Assembly: GCA_964019425.1 (NCBI GenBank)
Contig: OZ025796.1
Span: forward strand, 124,001 to 188,000
Direction: 5' to 3'
Source of the DNA: Flectonema sp. DT1601
Lineage: Eukaryota
Length of the DNA: 64,000 nucleotides
Shown: positions 23,201 through 32,870 of the stretch, one piece after another
Position numbering within the stretch: position 1 is the stretch's first letter
How the letters are laid out: each line of letters begins with the position of its first letter
Translations under genes and position numbers: made by a program
Notes under the pieces: generated by a model
Told to the model about the DNA's origin: nothing
The model's database searches: none
What the model saw: only the letters and a program-made list of their open reading frames with translations

Positions 23201-24577
23201 GTGAGTGAAATGACTGTTACTTTGACTAGGTGATGATGATAAGAATGAAGTAAATTTTGAATATGGTTTTGTAAATTTTAATATTCCCCATGACTTCTCA
23301 GTTAAGTCAAGTGAACTCCACTCGACGGTATCAATTTGATTAGCTGATGAAGGGACTGGGTAGACTGTTATCAAAACATCATTCTCACTACTTACATTAC
23401 TAAGAACTCTCCAACCAGGACTCTGCAATGTGACGTCAGCTGATTTCAATGAAAGCCTTTCAGACGATGCCGAATAACATAGTTTATAATCCGTAGTCTT
23501 TGTAACTGACGGTAGTTTAATATAAACAACTGGTACTCCAGTGTATAAAATAGTTTTATCATATTGCCATGGAACATGTTCATTTGTTCCCACTGATGGT
23601 GAAAAACCACCTTCAGTAGATCCATATGCGATAGCTTCATAGTAACCAGATGCGATAAAACTTGATACTGGCATTGCATCAGAATGAGTTCCTGGATACT
23701 TAACTACTCCTGATTGGTATAAACTTGATGATTCTGATAAACAAGTTGCTGTTGCTGGTATTAGTTTAGCAATGTCTCGTCTCCAGCTTGACTCCTGATG
23801 AACAGTCGATGGGTTAAATGAAAACAAGTCTGTATAAGAAGTACTTCCAATTACTTCAAATCCAATAAAATCGTTCGAATAGAATTTCGATCCAGAACTG
23901 TGTCGGAAATACAATTCCGATGCGTTTGGAATGTGGGATTCGTATCCCGTTGTTGGAGTTTCCCATGACCGAGTTTTACTTGTTTTTCCTATGAAGTTCC
24001 AACTTGATTGAAATTTCTCAGTACCCCAGTTGTCCATTCCAGACTCATTGAAATATGACTTTGATTTTCTAATACAAAGTCTCCATGCTGTTTCTGGGAC
24101 AGTGAATGTCGCATATCCAGTGGAACTCATGCCGTGTGGGGATGTGCCGATAGCGTCCAGTAGGTCTGTCGATTCGAATATCGTGTCATTCTCGTAGTGA
24201 GTTTCACATTTTGTTTGTGTTCCTTCCCAATAGAAATTACCAAACTCATCCGTATCTCGTCTCCCTCCTCCAACATAAGCGTTTATCATTCTGATACCTG
24301 CCTCGTTTTCTGAAATATTTAATAGTTGCCAAGTATTTGCTATGTCAGTGATATTTACATCTGTTCCAAGACCAGATATCTTCAACTCGACTCTAAATAC
24401 AATTCCAGTTGCCATCGTTGAGGAATCACAACCTCCGCATATTACGGTCAGATCATAATTAAAGTTTTTATCATTCTCTGGATTAGGATAGTCACCCCAA
24501 CTATCTGAACCGTGTACTAGTGAGGATGTTATTATTATCAGTAACAGTCCCACAACACAAACAGGTGGTATACTCAT
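14249..24577 (-). CDS. Giant intronless secreted/surface protein (~3440 aa) with repeated beta-rich modules
   Basis: Uninterrupted ORF of about 10.3 kb. Signal peptide MSIPPVCVVGLLLIII, recurring Y-x-[LIV]-C-Y...W modules in the N-half, Ig-like A-V-D-x-x-G and PCxxC modules in the C-half, a Pro-rich stalk and a hydrophobic C-terminus (TM or GPI signal). Confidence 0.85.
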   Translation of the reverse strand: MSIPPVCVVGLLLIIITSSLVHGSDSWGDYPNPENDKNFNYDLTVICGGCDSSTMATGIVFRVELKISGLGTDVNITDIANTWQLLNISENEAGIRMINAYVGGGRRDTDEFGNFYWEGTQTKCETHYENDTIFESTDLLDAIGTSPHGMSSTGYATFTVPETAWRLCIRKSKSYFNESGMDNWGTEKFQSSWNFIGKTSKTRSWETPTTGYESHIPNASELYFRHSSGSKFYSNDFIGFEVIGSTSYTDLFSFNPSTVHQESSWRRDIAKLIPATATCLSESSSLYQSGVVKYPGTHSDAMPVSSFIASGYYEAIAYGSTEGGFSPSVGTNEHVPWQYDKTILYTGVPVVYIKLPSVTKTTDYKLCYSASSERLSLKSADVTLQSPGWRVLSNVSSENDVLITVYPVPSSANQIDTVEWSSLDLTEKSWGILKFTKPYSKFTSFLSSSPSQSNSHFTHVGGDAFRVVPYSVFFSYPSQLYDTASETLYPYKGCWHSDSDLESFDLGGNPREINFMKVDEEISNTTYGYFKVPTQSSFVCYRQQDDNWRVLGSLVHPTATTVNVTYSINDTRGGTFAPVVLFDVVSSKTISPVKNTWHEVDTIVDERSIAVKIISSYVNGNCLADNPLHPLSETWDISQYNSIDTNINKGMLTAWLLLPPFSFPSLVSGSSSGETDGYFVCLKLGSRNWITIENPNYFENRYYRAPGSDGVVYRQEDSFILRTSAEIQLYASVSELIESSITLVTLKSHKDKYIMNPNDIISILQNESFCYLTPLESYQTISIPVTDSSGYSTATFSVLLPKQIGSRESYSLCYFPFGSENVLQLSIEVTNTNERTKGLTPSNGFTVRHSVSSSRSGSLSEIVFYSDFGHSLQSSDSFKLVLYKGTDIDCQQQAVQETLTSNFQLKTSLNGSKIAISKYTNPVHDFKIPQKMVACYGTSQSWFQMTPSVSITSSFMMYSILPSLGTDTYIGGSIVQVRFSRSSCPQCVSFNPDIDFAEIISEKYFCGSGSPRVATNIIRPSGYKNLQYSLLTITLPRQSGQYRICYKNEATGGIWLEIKPLNSTSLLQIIEEVRQASFTGSSSYNATDVPTAIVAGSVLENSIKVDGVSNSISSDTDLFMIVSEELPDSCTDTSINITTQTSNLSSSTTTSMTISAVVPPIEGKYTLCYYYSRVDIWISVGRIDVVQSAVYYLWNSLVRKVSLIDEWATSVPIPESAPSISAISVQETEIPEKVSTADSIKVISLLTNPLGCLSGDTSLHPLTSSLSSSGYLSQAETLVLSTESWKSNTFNVVCYIRRNSAVGTRIRSGVWIQIPTLALRNGESASLGTQQLTTGSEDFKIKSMNVTYEDLEILSNSFTVLDNYTNDVVSEGSFFRLSFFLLSDRGQVVVDHWSCYIIVTLSGKSFLRNSYSVTSQTCTDNNNLYGWGKDKTFFNKGHASVVIQIPHGCYYEECVVKGKAISTLSDTSMHWNGIQSAPVILSPSMVNVIVPIPHINPGNLYYKTLWEGQSLLIKSFLLNNNSVFAESTSYPAWVFFNESHSSALRQININCVGGCASDTGLVFKSEFKKGELSSIFKLKPTKPLMNSIVLVFNVGIYRDDGEWITMGRLDVLIKPVKAERIISLNQVPEGIFQVGEIYDFELRGENHEGIPVSVDAMLQHTLHIPPISGRIVAVPISTSSPTPPHDKRNLIISIKMLQGCSKLSKCKLTVILSNGNKFSNCSIFVSIRTISSRLLLLSELSNMIGMNVYFETLVITAVDGRGIRDDGNQGLGTVFLSDCCGLDYDKPLLLGNLTASFVDGIATFKNLRVTTPCQRCIISVRNSWGGSILSLSPFSVVSTIDRIECSADPNPRLHRASVGSQFYVIVRTVSSTGLNIRSSISVKLSGSSGVNLVEENKNYQLVNGMVHILAQFASVCSNCFIKFSAPISSDSWTQLETTRSCELTSFEIFSRPVATQYLIKTLEGPGVVAQLNPNWYELKTKEQVTMTVFAADAYKTPDASYSGQSKRGYAVLSSQFVGNKATEGNGGSLVMSNVNHSKLGAPFVKGEAVFHFHITSPCLQCFISFEDSAKVVSGSKIAVSLRPVATSLFIKPDLPVNDTNATRLPARGAYPVTDPLINLQVYAVDDAGIIDYSLSARVYLRKEGGVGVQRFTCPNSQCQDDGEEVISKWLSGTSSIERRLSDVLNGNRSGLQFSILGLNPATKDDSLSRDMWGRLKVMTEATNQLGFPLGSYTFPHSTYWRAPELPSRVVVSGVSGSSVQIVSSDNVLQSGNPSWSLQDGTAIAKQAFPVSVNVVDSHGYPSLSISGIVTPTLLSPTTGCNAGLPLLTSPAKVVNGASIVWLHFGSPCENCEIRFSLLPDSCTTVDCVLPARYSYVDVNVSVKVGTPQLVALNHVLPSNMLSVAVGVPISFSSVLKMFNKIAVSSPSSGVTLHFSVIPDPTHISNQMYQKNRSLGIEPKSHFFTSAETSVVLFFSESCIACRIAVRPMNVPGGGLSEREFYLTGVSGQVFRIEAPFKKYIIRYHPKTAIRLQAFSVVLEAIDGGGNTVLQHREFIDSRRSLFVTNGSVLIRVKDSTIDNGLYSILLEVSHPCSRCLLSLRSDTNQNWVMPIYASASTLMITITSKPPFYVNQTLMVKVTAVDNFGWRDFSVGGDTSMRHLFARYSLILPKGSFQVSEGELLLFRDGEVSINGSFTSSGVSTISVTCCTSFTSNMQIFGESKKISIMSPIQNKILFGIERSQRRLSWGSPVAFLNWFAVSITSYEPPTVVYVKKSLVVLNSSCIFAVRGIESISNNKTIVFEERSVMELSVRFTATTEKICILQINPGITSKGSIAISLIEPTATALRLHVSSLNVVLGNEVNIVVAVEDSLGNTVHNYQMNRISIDVSIYGSVCDIPKQSISGLYSHTLTNTSIVLLSFNAVGTCAVLFKGSLPIINYELVFVSQEAYSAVVNQVSDIVVGVDAVFIVSILDKNNNIVLGDRGSSVVIISNNGTCDIETRSENTVEGESTVTVKALQPTFKNKKCSFSVEIHLTGSNRLIHGESDNFTIGIQATKLVNDLPMGVDVQGTKQAIIKISAVDDFGNVDSSINGEQFTAVFISDEDDQFDPWKLMNPLSSGFGFNFFNGSGELFLSQPNDDFDSVSNDTSTVDIVNWFIVRMDSFPILKTNIVWVPVSGLRLFSNQQLEVFALRNNIIKLETTTASGERHSGDYFTEHTLMVSNSDNSFIVGNTTNVIAVGGVVEFLFRLETEIQSGTLDLEVGNLTFTVQLVGYNSFTLTQQILSDVHFVLSVQGTTFDPLLFLSVIETTTAVDVSHMRIDKLCRHSIKTGERISCDSRTYRVLQFAETIYKVFFTVSSSNPDSVLFLLQDAVSPGGSESILQQSFKVVSELVTLPPTPEPVLPPWSYSSEGIYYDGPVDSSIASVDRPHYVMIVLLISVLCLH

Positions 24578-24659
24578 GTTGCATGTTACTGAATAAAGAC
24601 ATAAGGTTAAGCAGACGCCGAACACAAAGTATCACTAAAACGTGTAATATTTTAAACCC

Positions 24660-24800
24660 TTTGCCACTACCAGTTGCCATAACCTCCACATGTTACGATC
24701 AAATCATAATTAAGGTTTTTATCATTCTCTGGACTGGGATACCATGTGTACTAGTGAGGATGCTTTCAATAACACAAACAGCTGAAGACTCATGCTCATG
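24660..24800 (-). pseudogene. Degenerate tandem copy of the 5' end of the giant surface-protein gene
   Basis: Shares plus-strand blocks ccagttgccat, atcataattaa, ttttatcattctctgga and gtgtactagtgaggatg in the same order as 24404-24530, with internal deletions. Confidence 0.85.
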
Positions 24801-24935
24801 ATAGTTAGTATCATTAATTTTAGAACAGAAAAGTGAGAATAAGAAAAGTAGAGATTAGTAAAAGAAAAGTATTCATGTCAGCAGTAATAGAATACGTAGT
24901 TTAAGGCCTTAATCTTATACCACTGCTCATGATAG
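24793..24935 (-). mobile_element. 5'-truncated copy of the Penelope-like element 3' end (insert 24805-24923) with 12-bp target-site duplication
   Basis: Near-identical to 62571-62710 apart from substitutions and one short internal indel. Flanked by the direct repeat tgctcatgatag at 24793-24804 and 24924-24935. Confidence 0.9.
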
Positions 24936-25990
24936 ATAGAAAAGGAAGTCCAATACATTACGTACTGTGCATCGCTGATACAGCAAACTAAAGAGCATCG
25001 GGTTAACTCATGGAATTTGTGTTTTTAATGAAGGGGGTGAAAAAAATATTTAAAAAAAAGTGTACATTGTAAGTAACTTTCAATCATTGCAAAACAACTA
25101 TTTAACTCATTCTTCCGAAAGTTAGAATACGAGTTTACTATTAGATTGTCATCAAAATAAAAAAAAATGAAAAAAAAGTTATTAAAATCTTCCAAACAAC
25201 TAATAAACCCATTTCTTCGAGCCTGACATAACTCTGTCGAGTACCAGTTAGATAGACAGCACAAGGAGGAATGGTTAACCACCTGAGTCCCCAATACTAC
25301 GACACTGATCCCTGAGAGGATCACTTTTTTAGCTTCTGCGAGGAATAGTTATATTCGGGAGACCCGAATATCCCGATGATTCCGCCTTGACCGAAAAGAA
25401 GACTTCCATTGATAAAGAAATATAATTTTTTTTTTTTTTTAAAAAGAATACAAGAAAGCTAAGAGAGGGAAAACGACAAACAAAGACTGCGAATATAGCA
25501 GGTTACATTTATTCAAAACAAATCGGGGAATTTGAAAGCATCAACAAAAAGAAAAAAAGCATACGGGGAGGGAATACTTACTAAACTTAAAGAAGATTAT
25601 GTCTAACCCTCTTGACGGATGTGTTATTTGTTGATGATTGAAGACAATAACAATTTTAAAAAAAATAAAAAAAAATAAATAAACAGGAAGGTGTGAGTGA
25701 GAGAGAGAGAGAGAGAGAGAGAAAATGGGAATAATAACACAAAGCTTTCTTGTTCCGGAAAACAAAAAAATAATAAATCTATAAAAAAAAAAATCAGATC
25801 TTTTCTTGATCTTTTTTTTTTTAATTTTTTTTTTTCTCTATTAAATAAGAACTCTACCCTGCGATTGGTCGCAGAAACAATCAAAAATGAAACATAATTA
25901 TAAAAATAAATAAACAAAGTCTATTCCGTAAGATCATTAAAAACAGAACACAGAGGGAATCACACGCACATAAAACTGCTCGTCGCAGAC

Positions 25991-27844
25991 TCAACATCTC
26001 GTAAGCCGCTCTAAACCTCCATATCTAGCAGTAGCTGTTGGGAATCTTAAGCTTGGGGCTGATCTTACAGGACGACCACCGCTTGATAAACGAACAGCTT
26101 CCGGCTGCTCTCTCATAGCCATACGCGACTTTGGACTGCAAGCCGGACTTCTAACTGGCGCTCGAAACATAGACAACGATGATAAATGATTTTTGTATAC
26201 ACACATAAATCCATTCTGTTCATTATGCGTGTACTCTGATCCTGCAGGAGGAGGGAATACAGGTTCTACTATAACCTCAATTAGGTCTTTCATCATACCT
26301 TCGAGAAGGTATTCAGCTGATGCTGGAGACCCATTTATTTCTATTAACCACGCTCGCATATCATCATCAAGCATAAAGTCAAAACCAAATAACTGAAATG
26401 ACCCGGCTCCATCACTTCCAACACAAGCTGATTGAATGACAGAAGGCTTTGCGCAAAGGAGAGTATCCTTTATGATTTTGTTTACCTGAGGGAGGATATC
26501 TTTCTTTAGAGAAATTCCATGACCAGGTTTCCCTTCAGGAAGGTCATCTAAATATGACTGAAATTGATCGTACCACATTTCATTTCCGATTTCATATTTT
26601 CCAAAATTTGGTCCAGTCTCCTGAATACAATGGTTTGTCAAGTGTGAGAGTTCATCGTCTAGATTGTCGACTTGAAAAGCTTCTGAAGCAGTTCTCATAA
26701 CACCTTTATTGTAAACATAAATATCATATTGAGGAGTCACTACGCACCATGCACGAAGATCAAACTTTCTTCGATGAATCAAAAAAGGTCTTTCGATATA
26801 TTTCTGTGCAACGTATTGCGTGTTTTTATCAACCTCGTTTGGATTGTCAATAAAGCTGACGATGTCTGTGTAGCTGTCGAATACACGAATTCCAATTCCC
26901 TTGTTTCGATGAGAAGGCTTTAGGATCCAAATGTTTTTCAGTTGCGGTTCATTAAATTTAATATCTTTAAAAGTTCGGTGCAGGTCCCTTCTTTCATCAA
27001 CTCCGCTCATCTTAGAGTTTAGTATAAAAGTTTCTGGTGTTACACTCCAAGGATTTTTAAGACCCTTTCTGAGACACTTGATCATCGCAGCTTTCAGAGT
27101 TAGACATTTCGTACCGCTGTAACTGTTTATAAGTGTGAGAGAGGTTTCGGAGTTGATTTGGGAGTCTGTTGATCTTCTCTTTTTTGAAATCCCATTGTGT
27201 CTCATCCAATTCTCAATTATTCTATCTGAAACATAACGATCATCGAGTAGGAGATCTATCGAAGGAAGTTGTCCGTGGAGAGCTTTCGCAGCTCCGATTT
27301 CACTTTTCACAGCACTTTGAGATTGCGGTTTCCAAAATGGAAGAAGAGATAACTGTCGGTGGATTTCAACGAATACAGAACCAGCCTTTGGATTCAAAGC
27401 CATTGAGTAATTTGTGGTTTCTTTTGCAGTTCGTGAGATTCTGTCGACGAGAAGACGTCGACGAGCCTCTGCAGATTCAGAACCTCTGACGTGAGGAATG
27501 ATATCATAATTAGAATGAATTGATGGCGGTCTTGGACATGTTCTCTTCAGAGCTCCTGAAGCTCTTGGTGTCATTACTCGAGGACTGCAGCTTGGACTTG
27601 CACGTGGAGTTCCACCAGCTGTTGCTGATCTGGTGAAGAGTCTTCCTGGACTACCAACTCTTTGTAAATCTAATACAGGGAATCCTACTCTAAAAATCTT
27701 CCTCGGCGATATCATCGTCGGTGATCTGATTTCCTCCACTTGCTTTACATTTGAATTTCTCGTTGCTAAGGGACGAACTCGACTGCCACACCTCTCAACT
27801 TTCTTCTTTCTACGGGGCTCAGTACTACTGGAACGCTTCATCAT
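25991..27844 (-). CDS. TTL: Tubulin-tyrosine ligase family protein (closest in motifs to TTL itself) with basic N-terminal extension
   Basis: WILKPS..KGIGI, QKYIERPFLI..RKFDLR, HLTNHCIQ..NFGKYEIGNEM and FQLFGFDFMLD..WLIEINGSPA. Confidence 0.88.
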   Translation of the reverse strand: MMKRSSSTEPRRKKKVERCGSRVRPLATRNSNVKQVEEIRSPTMISPRKIFRVGFPVLDLQRVGSPGRLFTRSATAGGTPRASPSCSPRVMTPRASGALKRTCPRPPSIHSNYDIIPHVRGSESAEARRRLLVDRISRTAKETTNYSMALNPKAGSVFVEIHRQLSLLPFWKPQSQSAVKSEIGAAKALHGQLPSIDLLLDDRYVSDRIIENWMRHNGISKKRRSTDSQINSETSLTLINSYSGTKCLTLKAAMIKCLRKGLKNPWSVTPETFILNSKMSGVDERRDLHRTFKDIKFNEPQLKNIWILKPSHRNKGIGIRVFDSYTDIVSFIDNPNEVDKNTQYVAQKYIERPFLIHRRKFDLRAWCVVTPQYDIYVYNKGVMRTASEAFQVDNLDDELSHLTNHCIQETGPNFGKYEIGNEMWYDQFQSYLDDLPEGKPGHGISLKKDILPQVNKIIKDTLLCAKPSVIQSACVGSDGAGSFQLFGFDFMLDDDMRAWLIEINGSPASAEYLLEGMMKDLIEVIVEPVFPPPAGSEYTHNEQNGFMCVYKNHLSSLSMFRAPVRSPACSPKSRMAMREQPEAVRLSSGGRPVRSAPSLRFPTATARYGGLERLTRC

Positions 27845-28616
27845 TTTGTGTGAGCTCCCTGAGAACTATTTGGATGTCAGTATTGTATTATCGTGTTGTA
27901 TTATCGTGTTGTATTATCATTGGATTTCACTTCTAATTCGCTTGCTGTAATAAAAAAAACAAAATAATTAAAATTTAATGTCCATATGAGAAATCCAAAA
28001 ACAGTCAACTCAATCGGGTAAGGCGAGCGTATTACTATTTGTACTTCTTCATTCTTACTCTTGTTAAGTTTTTTTTTTTTTTTTTTTTTTTTTTTCCTTC
28101 CCCATTTTTTATTTCTATTAAAGTCAAGGAATAAACAAAAAAAAAAAAACTATTCAGACTAAATATTTCAAACGCAGACAGAACCTGAGTCATGGCCATA
28201 AGAAATATCGGCAATCAATTCTGAATAGTTTTTTTTTTTCCGACTACGCTACGTCGGTACAACAACAAGATAGGGTTGAAAAGCAACAGAGCACTTACCC
28301 TTGTAAATAATAAAAGGGGCCCAATATGTTTTTTTTTAATTTTTTTTTAAAAATAATTGGTAGTGCTCAGTTGGCTTTAATAGATTTTTGTGTAGCCAGA
28401 ATTTTTCAAAAAAAAAAAAAAATTATAATTCATTTTATATCACACAGAAGGTCTCATACAAAAGTATAATTTCTTCATTTTTTTTTTTTTTTTTTTTTGT
28501 TATGTCAGCCGCTTGCTTACTTTGAAAGCAAACTATAATTTATATCACAATATTAAGACACAAGGCGGAGCAGCCTCATGAAAGCATTCAAAATCCCAAC
28601 AACCTCTAATGAGTGA

Positions 28617-31239
28617 TTAAGGATCTTCGTAAGTATTATAGCTCCAGTCATCTCTGTCTTCTTCTTCTTCCTCTTCCTCTGCTTCTTCTATTTCAGGATC
28701 GTGTTGGTTGTCATCGGTACTGGATAGCTCATCTAAAGGATCGACGTGTTGGTTTTCTTCTTCAATTTGTTCTGGAGCTGGAAGAACTTTTGGTGTCCAT
28801 ATTCTAATAGTTTTGTCATCACTACAGCTGGCGATGATGTCGTGATGAACAGGGTTACATGCGACACTGTTGATTGTTTATTTTTACTTTGTGGTTTTTA
28901 CACAACTATGGGGAGAAAAAAAAAAAAAAAAAAAAAAAAAAGACAAACCTATTTGCAGACTTTAAATGCCCAGCCAAAGATGATAAAACTTTTCCCGTCT
29001 TTCTGTGAATGACTACAATACGACCATCCTCAGAACCTGATAGAACAAAACCTTGAGTATGACCTCCAAAGACTGGTCGGATAACGTGAGTTAGTTGTTC
29101 CATTCCGGTGTATTTTTGAATTCGCTTCTTTCTATGAAGATCATACAGATGAGAGCAACCACGAGATTCCTTAATCGATATCCCACACAAAAGATAACGA
29201 CCACAATCAGACAGCTGACAAGTTACCAATTGTCGTTCCCTCTCTTGCAGAATCCATCGAACAGGCTCACAGTCACCAGTTGACTGAAGCGATAAAAGTC
29301 CATGAGAGTAGTCTTCCAAAGGTTTTTTATGAAACATATTATCGTGGTCACCTGCTGCTTCTAAATTGTAACAAATAATCTGCCTCTCTGAATCAATTGT
29401 GATCAAACTTTTACCACAACTAGTAACAGCCATATCAAGAACAACAGGTGTGACCCAGTGCGTTTGTAAGTCACCAGTATGGACACACCATTTAAATATG
29501 CTTCTGTCCTCACTTGAGCTAAAGAAACAGTCACCACATGGTAACCATCGAACTGATAAAACTGGTTCTAAATGTCTTGAAAAGGTATGTAGTAACTCTC
29601 CAGTTAGTACCTTCCAACACTTGATGGTCGTATCTGTCGATGCCGATAAAAGTTTTTGACTGTCGTTGCAGAATGATAAGTGTGTAATCGATTGCTTGTG
29701 ACTCTGAAGACGTTTTGCTGTTATGGCTCCTGTTGATGATGTGATATTAGTAACATTGTGAAGAAGAACACATCCATCTCTGCATCCAGATGAAAGCCAC
29801 TTACCATCAGGTGAGAATTCTAAGTACCAAATCTCATCATTACTTTGTCTTAATACAGCCATCGTATGCTGTGGTAAGTTGGATTCCTCAGCAGTGTAGT
29901 CTCTTAGTAGTGTAAACCCATCGAGTGGTCGGTTTAAACTAACACACTGCTCTCGTTGACGCTGTTGGGCTTGTTTAACGAGTTTCCACAACCGATTGTA
30001 CTCCAATAGAATACTGCAGTCAATACAAGTGTGTAGAGTTTGAATTAATTTCTTTCTACTACTCACAACAGATGTGTACGCTGATCTATTTGATAATTGA
30101 TATTTATTACTACATGTTAATAGAGTCGCTAATGAATGCAACTCTGATGGTGAAACGCAATAAGGAGAGACGTGATTCTGAAGTACTGTAAGAGCACAAC
30201 TTGATTTTCCGCATTCCAAATTTTCTAAATATCGTTGACGACCAATCAAGAAAGATGCTTGTGGGACACTCTCCGCGTCTGTTAGTTTTGGTAGTAGTTG
30301 TACGGCATTGTCCCATTCAGCAGTCTCAATACAATTCCTGAAATTTGTCGCATCTGGAGACTCACAGTGAACACCTGTTTCCTTTTCTATTTGAGTAAAG
30401 GTTTTTAAAAACCCGCAATCCCTTAGCAGTTGAAGTACAATTCGAATCATGTCATCTCTGTGAGTTATGATAAAATTACTAAGGTCTGGGTCTGATTGAT
30501 CATCTGTGAACCCGACGTTATTTTCTTTTGAACTTCTACTGCAGTCTAAATCATCAGTACAGTCCCGTAGCAGAGTAGAGATAGAATCAACGTCGTTGCA
30601 TTGTTCTATTTGATGTTGAGAAGATTGAAAAATTAAATTCCACAATCGATTTTGATCGATCATCGTATCAGAGGATATGTCTGACTGAAGTGACTTCGCA
30701 AGACGACTCCTTTCAATCTCATCACCAGCATAGTCACATCGACATCTCAAATCATCTTCATTACTACATGTCACCAGTGATGATAATTGAGCTATTTCTT
30801 CATCACTCGTAGAAGTTGGGACTACCTTGTCACGTAGTATGTGAAGAGCTGATAGTCTCTCTCCCTTTGATAATAATTCAAGATACCGTTGTTTTGCGAG
30901 TTTACATTTTACAGAAGTAGTGGCGTTATTGTTTTTAGTTTTTATTACAGTTGCGAGTTGCTCTACTTCTTCCCAGTTCCCTTTAGTAATTCCTTTACGA
31001 AATTGTGATATCGTCTCTGGCTCAAGCGTGATGTGCGATTCTTTTTCTAACAGACTGGAGCATTCTTCGAGTCCCATCCCCTGAAGTAGTTGCTGAATTA
31101 ATCGAATCATTTCCTCCTTTTGCTTCTCTGAAATTTCCATACCTTCCGACTCTTCCAGAAATGATTGTTCATTTTGAGGTGCCATCTTTCTATGTTTCTT
31201 ACTATGCCGTCGGAATGGTTGAGGGATGCTTGGCAGCAT
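28617..31239 (-). CDS. WDR26: WDR26/GID7-like LisH-CTLH WD40 protein, 2 exons (31239-28949, 28866-28617)
   Basis: Two LisH/CTLH modules (EMIRLIQQLL..LEKES, DMIRIVLQLL..IEKETG) and WD40 repeats (EIWYLEFSPDGKWL, FVLSGSEDG). Intron 28867-28948 gives SVACNPVHHDIIASCSDDKTIRIW and an acidic tail. The start could instead be 31185. Confidence 0.85.
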
Positions 31240-32870
31240 GCCCTGCCTACCTGATGAGAAAAAATGTTAATTAATTGTAAGTAAATTAATCTCACAAAAG
31301 AAAATTAAATATACAAGTTGTTAGCAAGACCCCAGAGAAAGCTGCAGAGTCTTTTTTTTTTTTTTTTTTTCCTTTTTTTTTGTTGTTTTCTTTCATTTAA
31401 ATTTTTTTTTTTCTTCTAAGTTTTTTTTTTTTTTTTTTTTTTTTCCTTCTTCTTTTTTTTCAAAAAAAAAAAAAAAATCAGTCCCTCACTAACCCACACA
31501 GCTGTCGAATTCCCTTATTCTTAGAAGGCTTTTTTTGCACTCCTCTGTATACGAGACTCGTCTGTTTGATTCAGATAATAAAAAGGATATACGATATCTA
31601 TGTATAGCAACAGCGACGGATGCAGTGCCGTCAGTTCTATTCAGTAGGGATTTTTTTATTTTATTTTTATTTTTATTTTTATTTATTTTTTTTTGACACA
31701 CGAAACCTAACAAACGCGAGGACAGCTGCTTACCTTAAAGTAGGCAACAAAAAAAGAAAAAAGGAACGGGCGGGAGCTCATAAAAAACTATAAGCTACGC
31801 GTGCCTAGGTGGGGGTTACCCAAACATAAAAAACAGAAACAAAATAGTGACACAAAAGCAATAAGAGAGCAAAATTGTAATTATTTCAATAAATATCCTC
31901 TTTTTTATTTTTTTCTTTTTTCAGAATTCAGCTATCAAGAGTCGATGAACAGAATTTGAAAAGAAATTAATGTATGTATAACCCACTAACAATAATTTAA
32001 TTTAAAAAAAAAAAAAAAGGCGCGAACAAAATCAACATGAAGAAACTAATCGCAAACTGTCAGTTGTAGGGAGATCACGCAAAGAAGTGCCATCTGCATC
32101 AACTTGCCTCCCGTTAATAAAACAATTCACTGATTTTGAATTTCTTTTTTTTTTTTGATGAACGCACAAGAAAACAATAACAAACACACTCGCTGGATTC
32201 GCTATGCTTCTTCACATAGTCCTCCATATAACAACATCATTTCATCTCTTTTTGAGTGCAAAGTGAGTCGACATGGGTACTGCGGAAGAGAATATCAACG
32301 CTAACAAGAAAAGGCTCGCCGAACGAAGACATCGTCGGTTCTTTTTGTTGTTTAAAAAGATCATCAAACGCATTAGTGAAAAAATAACATTCATATTGGT
32401 GGTTTTTATCAAGTTTTTGCTTCTCGTTAAGACACAAAATACATTTAATTGTAGAAGAAAAATTCTTCTCTTTTTTTTTAAAAGCAAGATGGCAACGTAA
32501 CAAACAAAAAAAAAAACAAAAAAAAAGGGGGGATTACAGCCCAAAATACACCGAACCTGGGGCTCTGGCCTGACTGTGCTCCTGTGGCTCGGTTTTGGGG
32601 TAGAGACACTTGTGGAAAAAAAGAAAAAAAAAGGGGGGAAAAATGGATCTCTTTCCCCCTTTTTTCAAACAGCTAAAGGTGATCTAAAAACGCAGCTATA
32701 TAGCTGGCTGTGTCTTGGTTGTTGTTGTTGTTGTTTTTTTTTTTTTCACAGATAGTTGACAGTTTTCTTCTTACGTTGAATTATCGTATTGAAAACAGAC
32801 AGTAGCCTGCATTGTATCGACTGAACCAGCTAAGCTAAATATTATCAGACAGCAGCTGTCAGAAATTGTT

